A DNA stretch of 62,000 nucleotides from assembly GCA_013265495.1 (NCBI GenBank), contig MU058037.1:62001-124000 (forward strand), given 5' to 3'. Of the stretch, positions 41,942 to 54,639 are shown one piece after another. The position numbers were made by a program, and so were the translations under genes. The stretch comes from Vicugna vicugna. Its lineage: Eukaryota. The notes beneath the pieces were generated by a model. The model ran no database searches. It was not told the origin of the DNA and saw only the letters and a list, made by a program, of their open reading frames with translations. The number at the start of each line of letters is the position of its first letter. Positions within the stretch are counted from its first letter, which is position 1.

Positions 41942-42121
41942 CAGTGGTGTGTTGGCAAATGTTAAACAGTAAGTTCTCTAACAAAAATAGCTCTGACTTG
42001 TAAGAATTTGTAAATACCCCCACCATGGCCAATTTTAAGCTACCAAGGGGATGTGGGTTAGGAAGAGATGTGCCCATTGGGCTTTCAGGAGCCAGTGGGA
42101 GCCAGTCTTAGCATACCACTG
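41942..42121. mobile_element. hAT-Blackjack MITE (MER63-like)
   Basis: The TIRs are cagtggtgtgttg ... tagcataccactg. Confidence 0.7.
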
Positions 42122-45100
42122 AGTACAGAGACCCAGGAGAGGAATTTCAGAATCAAAGAGTAGGCACATATTTAGTTTAAGTTTTCCAAAGTGATTGTAC
42201 AGTTTTACATTCCCACCAACAATATACGAGAGATCCAGTTGCCCCATATCCTCAACAACACTTGATATTATCAGTATTTCAAATTTTTACCATTCTGGTG
42301 GGTGTGTGCTGCTACCTCATTTTAGTTGAATGTGCATTTTCATGATTCCTGAAACCCAGTAGCCATGCAGCTATCCTCTTCTCCAAAGTGCCTGTTCAAG
42401 CTGTTGGTCCCTTTGGTTATTGGGTGGTTATGTCTTTTCTTTATTGATTTGTCAGAGAATATCTAAGTTCAAGACAAGTGAGGCTGACTGTAAAGAATGA
42501 AAGAAAGAAGAATTCTAGAGGCAGCCTGGCGTGCTAAAAGGGGTTCACACAGACTTGGGTTCCTAGCCAACTAAGCTGGTGACCATCTAATGGTGTTGAA
42601 CAAATCCCCTTCTTAAGCCTCCATTTCCACACCATCAAAAGGGATTACTGTGTAGAAGTGTTGTTGATTTCTGAATGAGGCAAAGTAGGTTCTTAGTAAA
42701 TGCTGGAACCTCACCCCATCTCAACCAGAATGTACAGTGGGCATCTTCACCTATGTGTTTCTATTCATGAGACCCATGATGGTTTTAATTTAATGCCTAG
42801 ACATCCCATATTCGTCCTGGCTGTCTAGTGGTGTTCTTGTCATAGAGCTAATGCCTGTCTTGTGATGTGAGGGTTTTATCCTTGTGAGAAGTAGCATTTC
42901 TCTTTTTGTGGGAGGCACAATGGCAAGGTTTACTAAACTTGATATTCTGCAGTGCCTTATGTGATGTCAGGCAGGGTGTGCAGGGTACTTTTTAGAGCCC
43001 TGTTCTCTATCTGTGGGGAGAAGCCGCTGTAGATCCGAGCTGATAAGAAACTGGGGCTGCTTCAGAAAGGGCTGCATAGTGAGCAGCCCAGTTGCGGACT
43101 CCAGCCCTCCCTTCTAGGAGTTTGGACTTGTGACGAGTGATGGGCTCAGCCCAGGCATCGCCTCTTCTAGGAAGCCTGCCCTGGAAACGCAAATGAGGTT
43201 CTCTCTGGTCCTCTGTGTGTGGACACATCTGTCTCATCACTTGCCATATTATAAGGACATCTTCTTTCAGCTCTTTGAGTTTCATTCTTTGTTATAGCCC
43301 CACTCCCAGCACAGTGCAGGTACACAATGCTCAAGACAGGAACATTCTCCACAAGCCAACACATTCTTGTCCAATTGCCCTGGCATCACCAGCATGCATT
43401 AAATAGCTTCTACTTGCATGTCCTGAAACATTAAATACTGAGAAATGATCAACCAAAAGTACTAGCTAGTTATCAAAGACTTGGGAGCGGGTAGGGGTTG
43501 GGAGAGAGGAAAACAGACAAGAAAGCAAACAACCAAGAGGAACCAGAACAGGTGGGGAAAGATGATTGCTACAATGAGCATACATACTTTCATGTCTAAA
43601 AGTAAAGATGCTGTGACAGTTTAAACACAAAACAAAACAGCATTGTAGTGCTTTTCCAGCCCAGCTCTCAAGGGAATCCACAGGCAGCTTTAATATATGC
43701 AGTTCTAGAAAGAATGGGACATTGGAATTAGGAATAAAGAGATTTAAAAATTCTCAGTCTATCATTTCCTCTCTCTTTTTCCAAGCTGAAGGAGTTTTAT
43801 CAGAATCAATATAAACCAGCCTGCAGATCTCAAACTAAGTTTGGGTTCATTTAAGAAATGGATGAGCTTAGGCGTGACTCTGTTACCTTGCAAATAACAG
43901 AGCAAGTAGAAAGCTGAGACATAAACACTGAAGTACCCTGTAAGTGCCACCTTGATGTTTTCTATCTCACATTAACCTTTTAAGTAATTGTTAAAACTCT
44001 GCAATGTGCTTATTATATATTGTGAGGTGCTTCTGCATTATTATAATAGATACTAGTGGGCTTTGTAACTTCTCTTTTTAAGTTAAAAAAGGGTCAAAAA
44101 TATCCTTCATGGGGAAAATTGAAATGCTAAAGAACAGACTTTTGAAAAGGAAACATTTTCACGAGGGCTTCGCATACAACTTTATAAACAGAGATCCCAG
44201 TAGACAGCAAGTAACTCTCAGTGGGGAAACCCCAGATGGTTTTTATGAGGCAGAGATTGGTGGCTTTGGTGGCTTACCCTGAAAAAGATAAGCCATTAGC
44301 CATCGACGGCTTCTCACTTGATGCTCTGAGGGCGTGGTGCACGCTCCCAGACCCCTTCCATGGAATCTGGGGGTTTACTAGGAGTGTGGGCTGACTGCCG
44401 AGGCTTCGCTGCGCCTGCTGTCCTGCTGACCCAGGAGATGCGGGCAGCAGTGACCACACTGCACCTGTTAGATTCCAAAACACAGCCTCACAGGAGCAAA
44501 ACCCAACCAACCCAGAAGGAAAGACTTGCTCGGAGGAAGATGGGAGTGGTATCTGGGTGGATTTAGGAGAAAGGTTGGGAGGGGCTTTCCAGAATATGCA
44601 GAGGGGCCAGTGGTAGTCACAACAAGCATTTAGCCTCGCTTCCTGAAGATTTGTCTGTATAAATCCTTCAAAATTTGGGGTTAAGAGAGAGTTGTTGCTT
44701 TGTTTTAAAATAAGCTAAAGTTCCATTTGGATGGCAGAAACAATTGAACTAAGGTTTTATTTTCATTGAAAACTTGGTTTACATAAGCCATGGGAAGATA
44801 GCTAGGTTGCAAGGATAATGGCTTTCCCCATTTTAACTCAGGGTTTTACAGTTTTACTCAACATAAAACAAATGGAAGAGGAAGGTCTACCTCCCTAATT
44901 TATCCTGGCTGTCTCTCTGCTGCCTCCTCCTCATGTTCTGTGGGTTCCAGCACGGCTGGATTGAAAACCTGTGAGGTTTACCCTGCATTTCCCGCCTCCT
45001 CAGTCGGGGCCAGCTGCTCTCAGCCCTGCCCATTTGAACCACCTGTAGAACTCTACAGACTCAGATGCTGGGGCTTACCCTCTCACACCTTTAAATCAGA

Positions 45101-45501
45101 ATTCCTTGGCGAGGGCTCTGGTATATGTATTTTAAAAAGCTTCCCAGGGGCCTTGACAGCCCTTGAATCATTCATCCAATCCTGTTGATTTTACCTCCAG
45201 AATCTCTCAAATCCATCCTTTCGTGCTCCATTTCCATTGCGCCTGACTGGGTTCTAGCCCTTACGATCTATCCAGATGACAGAAACAGGTTCTGAACTCA
45301 TCTTTTTTGCTTTTAGTCAGTCCTCCAAACTGCCACCAGATTTATTTTTCTAGAACACAAATCCAAACCTGTCATCATCCCTCTGCTTTAAATCCTCCAA
45401 TGGCTCCACTCCGAATGAGTGATGGAGCCTGTTTATTTCTTAGATGACGATGGAGAACAGCTGCTCCTCATCTTAGACAAGCTTTCTTGTAGCTTAAAAT
45501 G

Positions 45502-45830
45502 TTTTATTTTTAACTTTTTACTTTAAAGAAATTTAAGACTCACAAGAGGTTGTAGATAGAGTTTAGAGTTCAGAGTTCCTGGGTATCTGTCACTCAGCTT
45601 CCCCCTAATGGTAACATCTTACATAACCAAAGTACATGATAAAAACCATGAAACCAACTTTGGTGCAATACTATTAACTCAACTACAAGCCAGCACACAC
45701 TTGTGCAATCGCCTTGGCATCACCATTGTGCATTAAACAGCTATTTAACTCTGTCCAGGCCTTATTTGGATTTCACTAGTTTTTGCATGCACTTTGTGTG
45801 TGTGATACTGTGACATTTTATCACATGAGC
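45502..45830 (-). mobile_element. Ancient L1MC/MD-type 3' end, interrupted at ~45688-45757
   Basis: ttttatttttaacttttt...aatttaagactcaca...cagcttcccc...aatggtaacatcttacataac...aatactattaact. Confidence 0.75.
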
Positions 45831-45854
45831 TTAATTAATAGTTTGAGAAGGATC

Positions 45855-46222
45855 TAGTGGTTCTCAAGTCTGGGTGCACTTTAGAATTTCCTGGGGGAGC
45901 TTTCAAAATGTATCCATAACTGGCCCTTCTCTAGACCATGCTTTAGTCCAATGCTCCTCAGGCTAATTTGCACACAGATCAATGGGAAGTCTTGTAAAGA
46001 TACAGATTCATATCTAGTAGGTCTGGGTGGAGCCTGCAGTACTAGCCAGGTCCCAGGGGATGCTGCTGTTGCTGCTGCTGCTCCCTGTGTGAGGACCACA
46101 TTTGGAGTAGGCCACCCCATTTTCAGACCAATGGAATGAGAATCTATGGGTGTGAGACCTAGCCATGGTATGTTTGAATACCTCTAGTGATTCTACCACG
46201 TAGCCAGGGTTGAGAACCACTG
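45855..46222. mobile_element. MER5B-like element with a nested MER5A-like element (~45949-46114)
   Basis: The outer ends are tagtggttctcaa ... ttgagaaccactg. The inner element contains gcagattc-like, ggggatgctg and ggaccacattt motifs. Confidence 0.7.
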
Positions 46223-46368
46223 AGATATGTGACAGAATGCCAAGGCTGTATGTCACTCTCGGAGGTCACACCGTCTCCAACCTCTGTTTGAACCATTCTA
46301 GGTCATTTCAGTCTCCTCTGGCATTCAAATGCCAAACAACCCTTGGATTTAAGAAATCCCTGCTTCTA

Positions 46369-46509
46369 TTTGTTTGCTTTCTTTTTGAAGGGAGGTAATT
46401 AGGTCTATTTATTTATTTATTACGTTTTTTTTCAATGGAGGTACTGGGGATTGAATGCAGGATCTCGTGCATGCTAAGCACTCTACCACTGAGTTATACC
46501 CTCTCCCCC
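46369..46509 (-). mobile_element. Camelid-type tRNA-derived SINE (vic-1-like), long form
   Basis: The minus strand reads ggggagagggtataactcagtggtagag...tccccagtacctccattg...aataaataaataaatagacctaattacctccc. It is flanked by aagaaatccctgcttcta (46351-46368) / aagaaatcctcacttcta (46510-46527). Confidence 0.88.
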
Positions 46510-46779
46510 AAGAAATCCTCACTTCTATATAATCCATATTCTTCTCAAATTTAAATATATCCAGTGTGAGCTCTCAACTTGCCTCTCCCTTCCGCTTCAA
46601 TTTCTTCTCTATACTTTTGCCCATCTTGAGACAAAAGGGAGGAAGAGACTGTCTCTTGACTTTCATACCCAAATTCCAAGATTACTTCCAATTTACCACC
46701 TAGTCTCTTTTCATTCCCTTAGCAGTTGGCCTCCAAGCCCATAAATATTATAATGACAAATGCATACTTTCTTCAGCAC

Positions 46780-48050
46780 TTGATAAGACTTTCAGCTACT
46801 GATCTTGTTTTCTGTCTTACAGAGAAAACCCCAAGCCATCAGATGGAAATTACCCTCAACTTGCTGCCACCATATCTATAAAAATACCCACAGTCATCTG
46901 TTTTTATTCTCCCTCCTGTGAAAATCAAGGCCATGACTCTTCCTCTGAGATCAGTTCCTTCCATTGGGTCTGGCTTTCCTTTCCTTCTTCCTAGTATTAT
47001 GTATCCCCTCTTTTCCCATGTCCTCTTCTACTAGTTCCTTCCCATGAGCTTTGAACTATGCTTATGTCTTTCCCATATTAAAAAAGGCCTAACAGACACC
47101 ACTTCCCTTCCAACTTCTGCCCTATCTCCCCTTCTTTAAGGAGCTCTTTACATTTGCCATCTCCAGCTACACTTCAAAGAGTGATTCATGCTCGCTAACT
47201 TCATTTCCTCACCTCCCACTCACTTCTCAAACCACTCCAGTCTGGACTTTATCCCAGCACTCAACCACAACTCCACAATGACTTCTAAGCAGGTAAATCC
47301 AGTGACTACTTTTCAGTCCTCATTTTCTGAAACTCTCAGCAGATACACACAGTTAAGTCAATAATGCAGGGTCAAATAGTACTTTACAAATATCAAAGAG
47401 GGTTAAATGTTTTGAGATTTTCATGAGACTCCACTAGGCTCCATGAAGGCATAGGTATGGTTTTTTTGTTTTACAGCTGCGTCTTTAACTAAGTGCCTGG
47501 CAAACAAAGGTGCTCAATATGTGTAATTTGAAACCCTCCATCTCTCCCATGATGAATTCCGTGAAGCAACATTCTCCTCTCCTCCCACCTCTCAACCTGG
47601 CTCTCCACTGTCTATCTAACTGCTCCTCTACCTTCACCTACCTTGTAAGTTTGATATTACTCAAGATTCTGTCTCTGGCACTTCTGATCTTGTCACATTC
47701 ATAAACTCTTCATGGGCAGTGAGTTCCGCCTCCATGGTTTGGCTTGTCATCTTTATGCTGACCAATCCCTAGTTCACATCAGTACCTCACTTCTCTTCCA
47801 AACTCCTAATCTGAATTTCTGTCTGCCTCCTGAAGATTTTTCAAGTACAAATTTGGCAGTATTTCAACTGGCATATATCCAACAGCTGAATCTTTCCTCC
47901 AAATTTGTTCTTCCACCTCATTCCTGTTATGGTTAACATCCTCCTCTTCCTTCTACATACCCAGGTGGGAACCTAAGCCGGTATCACTCTTCTCCCTTTG
48001 TTTACTCACAGATCCAATGACCCTCAAGTCCTATTGATTCCATCTCTTGA
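46780..48050 (+). mobile_element. Degraded L2 fragment(s)
   Basis: Pyrimidine-rich, with cctcacctcccactcacttctcaaaccactccagtctggacttt, ttttcagtcctcatt and catctttatgctgaccaatccc, all typical of L2. Confidence 0.6.
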
Positions 48051-48059
48051 TTTTGGGGA

Positions 48060-48360
48060 TAGTATTTTCAGTGTGGATTCTGAAGCACATTAGTTCCCTG
48101 GGATGTTAATAGGGGTCACCAAAAAAGTAAAAATTATCCATGATCAAATAAATTTGAGAAATGCTGGACTGGACAGAGTTAAATAGATTTCTTTACAGAG
48201 GAACTTTTAGAAGTCTTTGGTATGCTAATATGCCTTCAATATAGGGATCTGATATGGGGACACCACATACATTGTTTCCCAAAGTTGTTTGGTCACAGAA
48301 CCCAGTTTTTTTGTAGCATCAAAGAAAATTTTACTAAAACACATTTCGGAAAATGGTGGT
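48060..48360. mobile_element. hAT-Charlie remnant (MER113/Charlie4-like)
   Basis: aaataaatttgagaaatgctgg...tttcccaaagttgtttggtcacagaaccc...aacacatttcggaaaatg. Confidence 0.5.
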
Positions 48361-48573
48361 CTAATCTAGCCCCGTTTTTCTCCTTCTACAGCTATGCTAC
48401 TCAAAGCCTCTTGCTTACAAACTTGTATCAGTTTCCTGGGTGGAGAAGGGGATCTCTCCCTCTCCAATATCTTGCCTCTCCAACTTAGCGTCTATATTTC
48501 TATAAGAGCAATCCTTATAAAACTTAGGTATGTCTCTCCCCAAAGTATGAGACATCCTCCTCCTTACTTCTGT

Positions 48574-50876
48574 CCAAGTCATCTATGTCCTTACTGATTT
48601 TCTGCCTGCTTGCTCTCCCAGTTACTAACAGAGGAATGTTGAAATCTCCAACTATGGTAGTGTGTTTGTCTACTTCTCCTTTCATTTCTATCAGTTCTTG
48701 CCTCATGTTATTTTAATGCTCTGTTTGTTAGGTGTATACATGTTTAGGACTGTTATGTCTCCTTGGACAATTGATCCCTTTATCATTATGTAATGCCCCT
48801 TTTTATCCCCGCTAATTTTCCTTGTCCTGAAGTTAGCCATATCTGAAATTAATACAATTACTCTAGCTTTCTTTTGATTTGTGGTAGCATGTTACATCTT
48901 CCTCTATCCCTTTATTTTTAACCTGAGTCTTCATATTTAAAGTGGGTTTCTTGTAGGCAACGTGGAGTTGGGTCTTATACTCTCTTGATCCACTCTGATA
49001 GTCACTGCCTTTTAATTGGTATATTTATATCATTTATGTTTAAAATAATTATTGATATGGTTGGATTAATATCTACCATAGTTGTAACTGTTCTCTATTT
49101 GTTGCAGTTGTTCTTTGTTGCTTTTTTTCCCTTCGTTTTCTGTCTTGTCTGGTTTTGAGAATTTTTATTATTCAATTTTATCTCCTCTCTTGGTATATCA
49201 ATTATACATATTTCAAAAAAATTTCAGTGGCTGCCCTAGCACCTACAATATATATTTATACCTAATCTAAATCACCTTCAAATAATACTGTAATGCTTCA
49301 TGTGTAGTACAGTTATAACGGAGTATTCCTAATTCTTCTCTCCTGTTCCTGGTGACATGGCTGACATTTCATTCCATTTATCCATATGTTATAGTCACTC
49401 AATATATTATTACTATTATTGCTTTAAACAGTTACCTTTTAGCTCTATTAAAAATAAGGAAGATTTTATTTTACCTTCATTTATTCCTTCTCTAACACTC
49501 TTCTTTATGTCAATCTGAGTTTTTGAGCTATATAATTTTCCTTCTGAAGAGAATTTCTCGCAGAGTAGGTCTGCAGGCAATGAATTCTCTCAGTTGTTTG
49601 AGAAAATTTCTGCTACAGTTTTGATTTCTAGCTTTTCCTTTTGATTTATCCTGAGAGTTTCCCTCTCTCCACGTACATTATCTGTTCTTGATGTTATCTA
49701 CTTTTTCCATTAAAACCCATAACATATTAATCTTAGTTATTTCAGTGATTTTACATTTCTTGTCTAATAATGCTAACATCTGTGTCATATCTGAGGATGA
49801 TTCTGATACTTTGTCTCTTCAGACTTATTTTTTTCTTTTTTGCATGCCTTGTAATTTTTTTTGCCAAAGCTGGACATGTTGCATCAGTCTATGGGAACTG
49901 AGGTAAATAGGTTTTCATAGTAAGGGCTTATGTTAATCTAAGAGCTTGGATGTATATAATGTTTATTGTGGCTATAAGTGCCAGAAGCTTTGAATATCTT
50001 TATTGTCATTGTTTTTGTCTCTCCTCTTAACTTTGACTTCCCTAAGTACTCTTCCCGAGACTCTGTCTCTTGCAGCTCTTCAACTGTAATCCACTGTTGT
50101 TATTATGATGTGGTAAGGTGTAGGGAGGGGAAATGCTACATAATGTTCTGAAGAAATCTCAGTTTTCAAGTGGGCCTGTGCCCTTCACAAATGCTTCTCC
50201 AGTGGTGTAGTTTTCTTCCCCTGCCTCCTACTCCCTTCCCTGGCCGTAGCACTCCTAATTTATTTCGTTGAAGTCCTGACACCTGTCGATTACTCACCCC
50301 CAACTTCTGTGAGACAGAACAGCTCAAGGAGGTCTCTGTGGGAAGGAGGAGCCCAGGATAAAGTTTCAAAATTGTGTTCTGGCCAAGTCCCCTTCCCTGG
50401 AGGGTAGCCCTGTGTTACAGAGAAGACTGGGTGGGTTTCAGGAGGGCTGCTCTTCCTCCTCTCCAGGGCTTGTGGACGTGGCATCTTCACCTTGGGAATC
50501 TGATAGGGTTTCTGGAGGGGAAACTTAAGAAAGTATGAGCTCTCCCATCCATCTGCCTACAAAGACAATGACTGCAGCCCCCAGGAGTATCTCAGTCTCC
50601 TGTTACTCCACACTAAGCTTCCAGCAGTTTGTCAAAATTACCATTTAAGTGTTTCTGCCAGAGACTTCTGCTCCAGGTAGGCAGACTGTATCTGTGTCTC
50701 TATGGATGTGTGTGTGTCTGCAGATTTGGGGATTTTAGTTTGCCCTGTGACCTCAGTTCTCTGATGTGTCCAAGAAAAGCCATCGATTTTCTGTTTGTCT
50801 AGGTTTTACATGTTGTAAGGATGGGAGTGACAGCTTCCAAGCTCTTTACATGTCGAAGCTGAAACGGAAAATTCCC
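48574..50876 (-). mobile_element. Ancient L1 5' portion (L1MD/L1M4-like 5' UTR, degraded ORF1 region and start of ORF2 endonuclease)
   Basis: The ORF at 48524-48706 translates ...TTIVGDFNIPL...SRQKISKDIDDL, the L1 ORF2 endonuclease motif. The right end on the minus strand is ttccgtttcagcttcgacatgtaaagagcttggaagctgtcactcccatccttacaac, an old L1 5' end. Confidence 0.8.
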
Positions 50877-51079
50877 CCTTACTCTGTTACTGACTGAAAT
50901 ACTACTTCAAGGCCATCAGGCACTGGGGGCCATGCCTTAATCATCTGTTTCTGTATTTCATGGAGGCAGTGTGGTGTAGTTACTTTTTAAATGATGCTTT
51001 AGAAGCTAGATCTGTGTTTGAATCTTGATTCCACTGCTTATTAGTTAAGCTATATGATGTATCAGTTATTTGTAAAAAG

Positions 51080-51254
51080 CAGCACTGTAGAATAGAACTT
51101 TTCTGGTGATGAAAATGTTATCTGTTCTGCTCATTACAGGCACATGTGGCTATTAAGCACTTGAACAGTGAGGCAACAAATTTCTTATTTTAATTAATTT
51201 AAACTTACATCAAATAGCCACATGTAGCTAGTGGCTTCTGAATTGGACAGTGCA
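51080..51254. mobile_element. MER3-like hAT-Charlie MITE
   Basis: cagcactgtagaatagaacttt...cacatgtggctattaagcacttgaa...aaatagccacatgtagctagtggct...ttggacagtgca. Confidence 0.8.
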
Positions 51255-52334
51255 AGTCTAAGGCTTTACAAGTGTAGACAACGGCTATGCTATTTTAAAA
51301 TTCTCCTTGGATAATTCAAAGTAAAAATATAGACTGATGTAATATTACATCTTCTTGGAGCATAAAGCCATGTCAGCAAAGCGTCTGGTTAGTAAAAGGT
51401 GGTCGGTCACTGACTGTACAGGCACTATTTATAAAAGGAGATGGTGATGTGAAATGTGACATCTGGGTGACTAACGCGTTTAGTCTTCTCCCCTGGGAAT
51501 CCCCAGGAGCTTGTTCTCTTGCCCCCGACGAACATGTGTGTGTTCAGTGCAGATACTGTGAGATTTGAGTGGCTTTAGCAGGCTATGCTTTATAAAATTT
51601 GTTCACACACATTATCTCCTTTTATCTTCCAACACCTTGATGATGATATTGCTGATCCCATTTTATGGGTGAGGAAATTAAAACCACACAGAGGTTAAAT
51701 GACTTGGTCACGGGCGCATTAATGGTTCACAGCCTCAAACACAGAACTTTGGGGCTCTGAAACAATGCTAATTCCACTATGCCAAAACAAGTACTCAGTG
51801 AACTTGACTCCAGGTCTACTGCACCTCTCTCTAACAGCACTGATGTCAGTCAGTAGTTGAAACTGAACATGAGCTGCCAGGGCCCTCTGCATGGACACCT
51901 CACCTCTGGCAACCACAGAGCTGTGTCCTTGTCTCAGAAACACAACATGTAGCTCCTATGTGTACCTGCTGTGCCTTCTGGTCCGATGTAAAGAATGTTT
52001 CTGCAAAGGCAAATGGCAGGTGACCCTGTGTGAGAAGCCTTTGGAAGAAAGGAAGCTTTGGCAATCACGTAGTGACGGTAGCAACAACAGCCACAGTGGG
52101 TGTGTGTGGAGCGGGGGGCTATCTCTCTCCCCCCTCATCTCAGAGTGTACTTTCTTCTACTCAGCCCCTTTCTCCTAGAATCCAGCACCTGGAGACAGGC
52201 AGCAGGGGCATGGCCCTCTGTCCAGTATGCTGGCCTTAAATGTGAATTTGAAAGGTTCAGACTTAGGTAGTACCCTTTGCACAGTCACTATGACAGCATC
52301 ATTCAAAATTAATGGCTGAACAAATAACTTTTCC

Positions 52335-52471
52335 AGCAGCAGCAGCAGCCCTGGGAGCTTGTTAGAAATGCAGAAGCTCAGGTCGGCTATCCCAGACCTA
52401 TTGAATCAGAATTGAACATTAATAAAATTCCCAGGGAATTCGAAAGCATATTCAGATTTGAGAAGAATTGC
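52335..52471. mobile_element. MER5A fragment
   Basis: cagcagc...ctgggagcttgttagaaatgcaga...ccagacctattgaatcagaa...tttgagaag. Confidence 0.8.
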
Positions 52472-53584
52472 TAATCTTCACTTAAACTGAGGTTAGTTTT
52501 GTTTGAAGAGTTTAGGCATAGAGAACTAGGGAGGCAGAAAAATCTTCTTTGGTGGATTTGATTTTGATCCTAAATAATTATAGATTTCTTTTATAACCCT
52601 ATGAAAAGAAATTTTAGAAAAGGGAAGGTGGGGGAAATGCACTGACCTACATGATTAAAACCCCTAGTCAGCAAAATTTGACATTTCACGGCTTCAAAGG
52701 GCTTTACAATTATCACTTTGCGTGGTTCTCATGATCTCCAGCAGTTCTGACCCACTCTTCCCTTTGAAGTGCTTGCAGATATACTTATGTTGGCAAGATT
52801 TCTCTGGGAAACACTGGAGTTATGTAAATTCAGTGAGAGAGAAGGGTTATCACCTTTTTCACCTAAATTGCTGGAGAATCCCTTTCTGGCCTGCCACATT
52901 GTGAGGAGGGGTGATGAGAACTTTGAAACAGGAGCCCACAGCCTCCCAGAGCTTTTAATTCCAAAGACACTTCTGCACAAGAAGTGAATGCTTCCTTTGT
53001 GTGCAGAGCCCTGTCGAGCATGAAGATGAGGTTCTGAGCCCTGAGAAACCACCTTGATGAGCGGAATGCAATCTGCCCATCGCCGCTGACAGCTCTGCCT
53101 GGCTAAGAAGTTAGGAGCTGTATGCTCAGCGTACGATGAATCCAATCGTCTGTAATGACTGAGATGGAGTCATTAAAGACCAACAAATTGCCAATCTGAG
53201 TATTGAGAATGTAGATTGAGCACCCATTATTGCCTCTTGGATCAAAATTTAAAAATGCCTACGTGTATTTACTCAACAGGCAATAATGGGTCTGAAAGAG
53301 CTCGCACATATGAGGAAATAATAGTCACTTTCAAAGCAAATGGCAATAATGATAACACACCTTCCAGAAGGATATGGTTACACAGTGCCTTCACATACCT
53401 TATCTCACTGCACCCTTACTGCGGGTGGATGTGGGGGATGCTGTTACATCCAGTCAAATAGGAACTTGCTTCTCAGGGAGGTTAGGCGACTTACCCAAAG
53501 TCACCTCCTTAGGAGAACTGGGATTTGATCTTGGCTTTACTGACTTCAAGTCCAGTGTTCTGTTCACAAAAGCTAAACTTGAGC

Positions 53585-53745
53585 CTTGCTAGTCAAAAGT
53601 GTGCTCCACTGACTGGCAGCATACACCTCACCTGGCAGCTTGTTCAAAATTCAGAATTGCAGGTCCCACCCCAGCTGAATCAGAATCTGTGCTTTTACAA
53701 GATGCCTAAGTGTTGTGTGGGCACATTAAAGAGTCCAAGAGCAAT
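53585..53745. mobile_element. MER5A1-like element (adjacent to a MIR at ~53380-53575)
   Basis: cttgctagtcaaaagtgtgctccactgactggcagcat...ctgaatcagaatctg. Confidence 0.7.
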
Positions 53746-54639
53746 CAGTCTTTACTCAGTATGACTACTTGCCTACATGCCATACCCAAACCAGAATCAA
53801 AACAAAAGGCAACAATGCAAACATCACAAAATTAAGGTAGAATATCACAAAGATTTTTTCTGAGCACTTATGATAGTTCTGTAGCAGAAATACAGTTTTT
53901 CTTGAGACAATTAGAAGGAATTGACAAAAGCATGGCATTTGACAAATTCATTGAGCCCATGGAAGAATGGGCAAAGGAATATCACCTTTAATGCTAAGAA
54001 ATTAGCAGCTCTCGTGTTTCCATTAAATTCACCAGAGATACACTGATTTTGTACCAGTATCATTTTTAAAGTTCACGTCTTAGAACAAGTCTGTTATCCT
54101 GGGCTCTTAAGAAGAGCGAGGCTGAGTAACATCAGAATGGTGATCTCTTGAACATTGATGCTACATCTAGGAAAACCACTTGTCCTTGACTTTTTAAAAA
54201 TGTGTTTCACGTTTACATTTAAGTAATCATTTGACCAATGTTTTGAGACTTTACGTCATGCAAATAAGGACGTAGTAGAGAACTGACTTTGAGGGTGCTT
54301 GCTGGGAACTGCAGATTGCTCTGCCCTCCCAAATGGGAATGGACCACTGGAGACTGAGATCAAGTTCACATCTTTCCAAACTGTACTTGAACCAAAGGAG
54401 GTGATCAGGTGTTTGTTTTTCTAAGAGTTTCTCCTCCTATTAAGTAAATGTCAGCAGATCCTGAAGCAGAATGGATGCTTATTGCTTATCATCAAGTTTG
54501 AAACCAAAATTTGTCAAGGATAAGAAATGATGACAGATCTAAAGAAATCACATGGTCACGCTACCCGGCAAAATTATATTTGACCAAAATAAATCAACAG
54601 GGAAGGGAGAGAACACTCTCCATCCTACAAGACATCAAC

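Larger units (their letters stand above)
41241..42455 (-). mobile_element. Ancient L1M (L1MB/ME-type) 3' end with two nested DNA transposons and a (TA)16 tract at 41303-41334
   Basis: It begins ttattgaggtataacatgtatacagtgaagtgcacaaatctcaagtgtacagctcaatgaatt and later has ttttacattcccaccaacaat...attctggtgggtgtg. Confidence 0.8.

Noticed and set aside
48524..48706. ORF with an endonuclease-like GDFN motif as a gene
   Set aside because: It is a short relic of L1 ORF2 within a degraded element, interrupted by stops and frameshifts.
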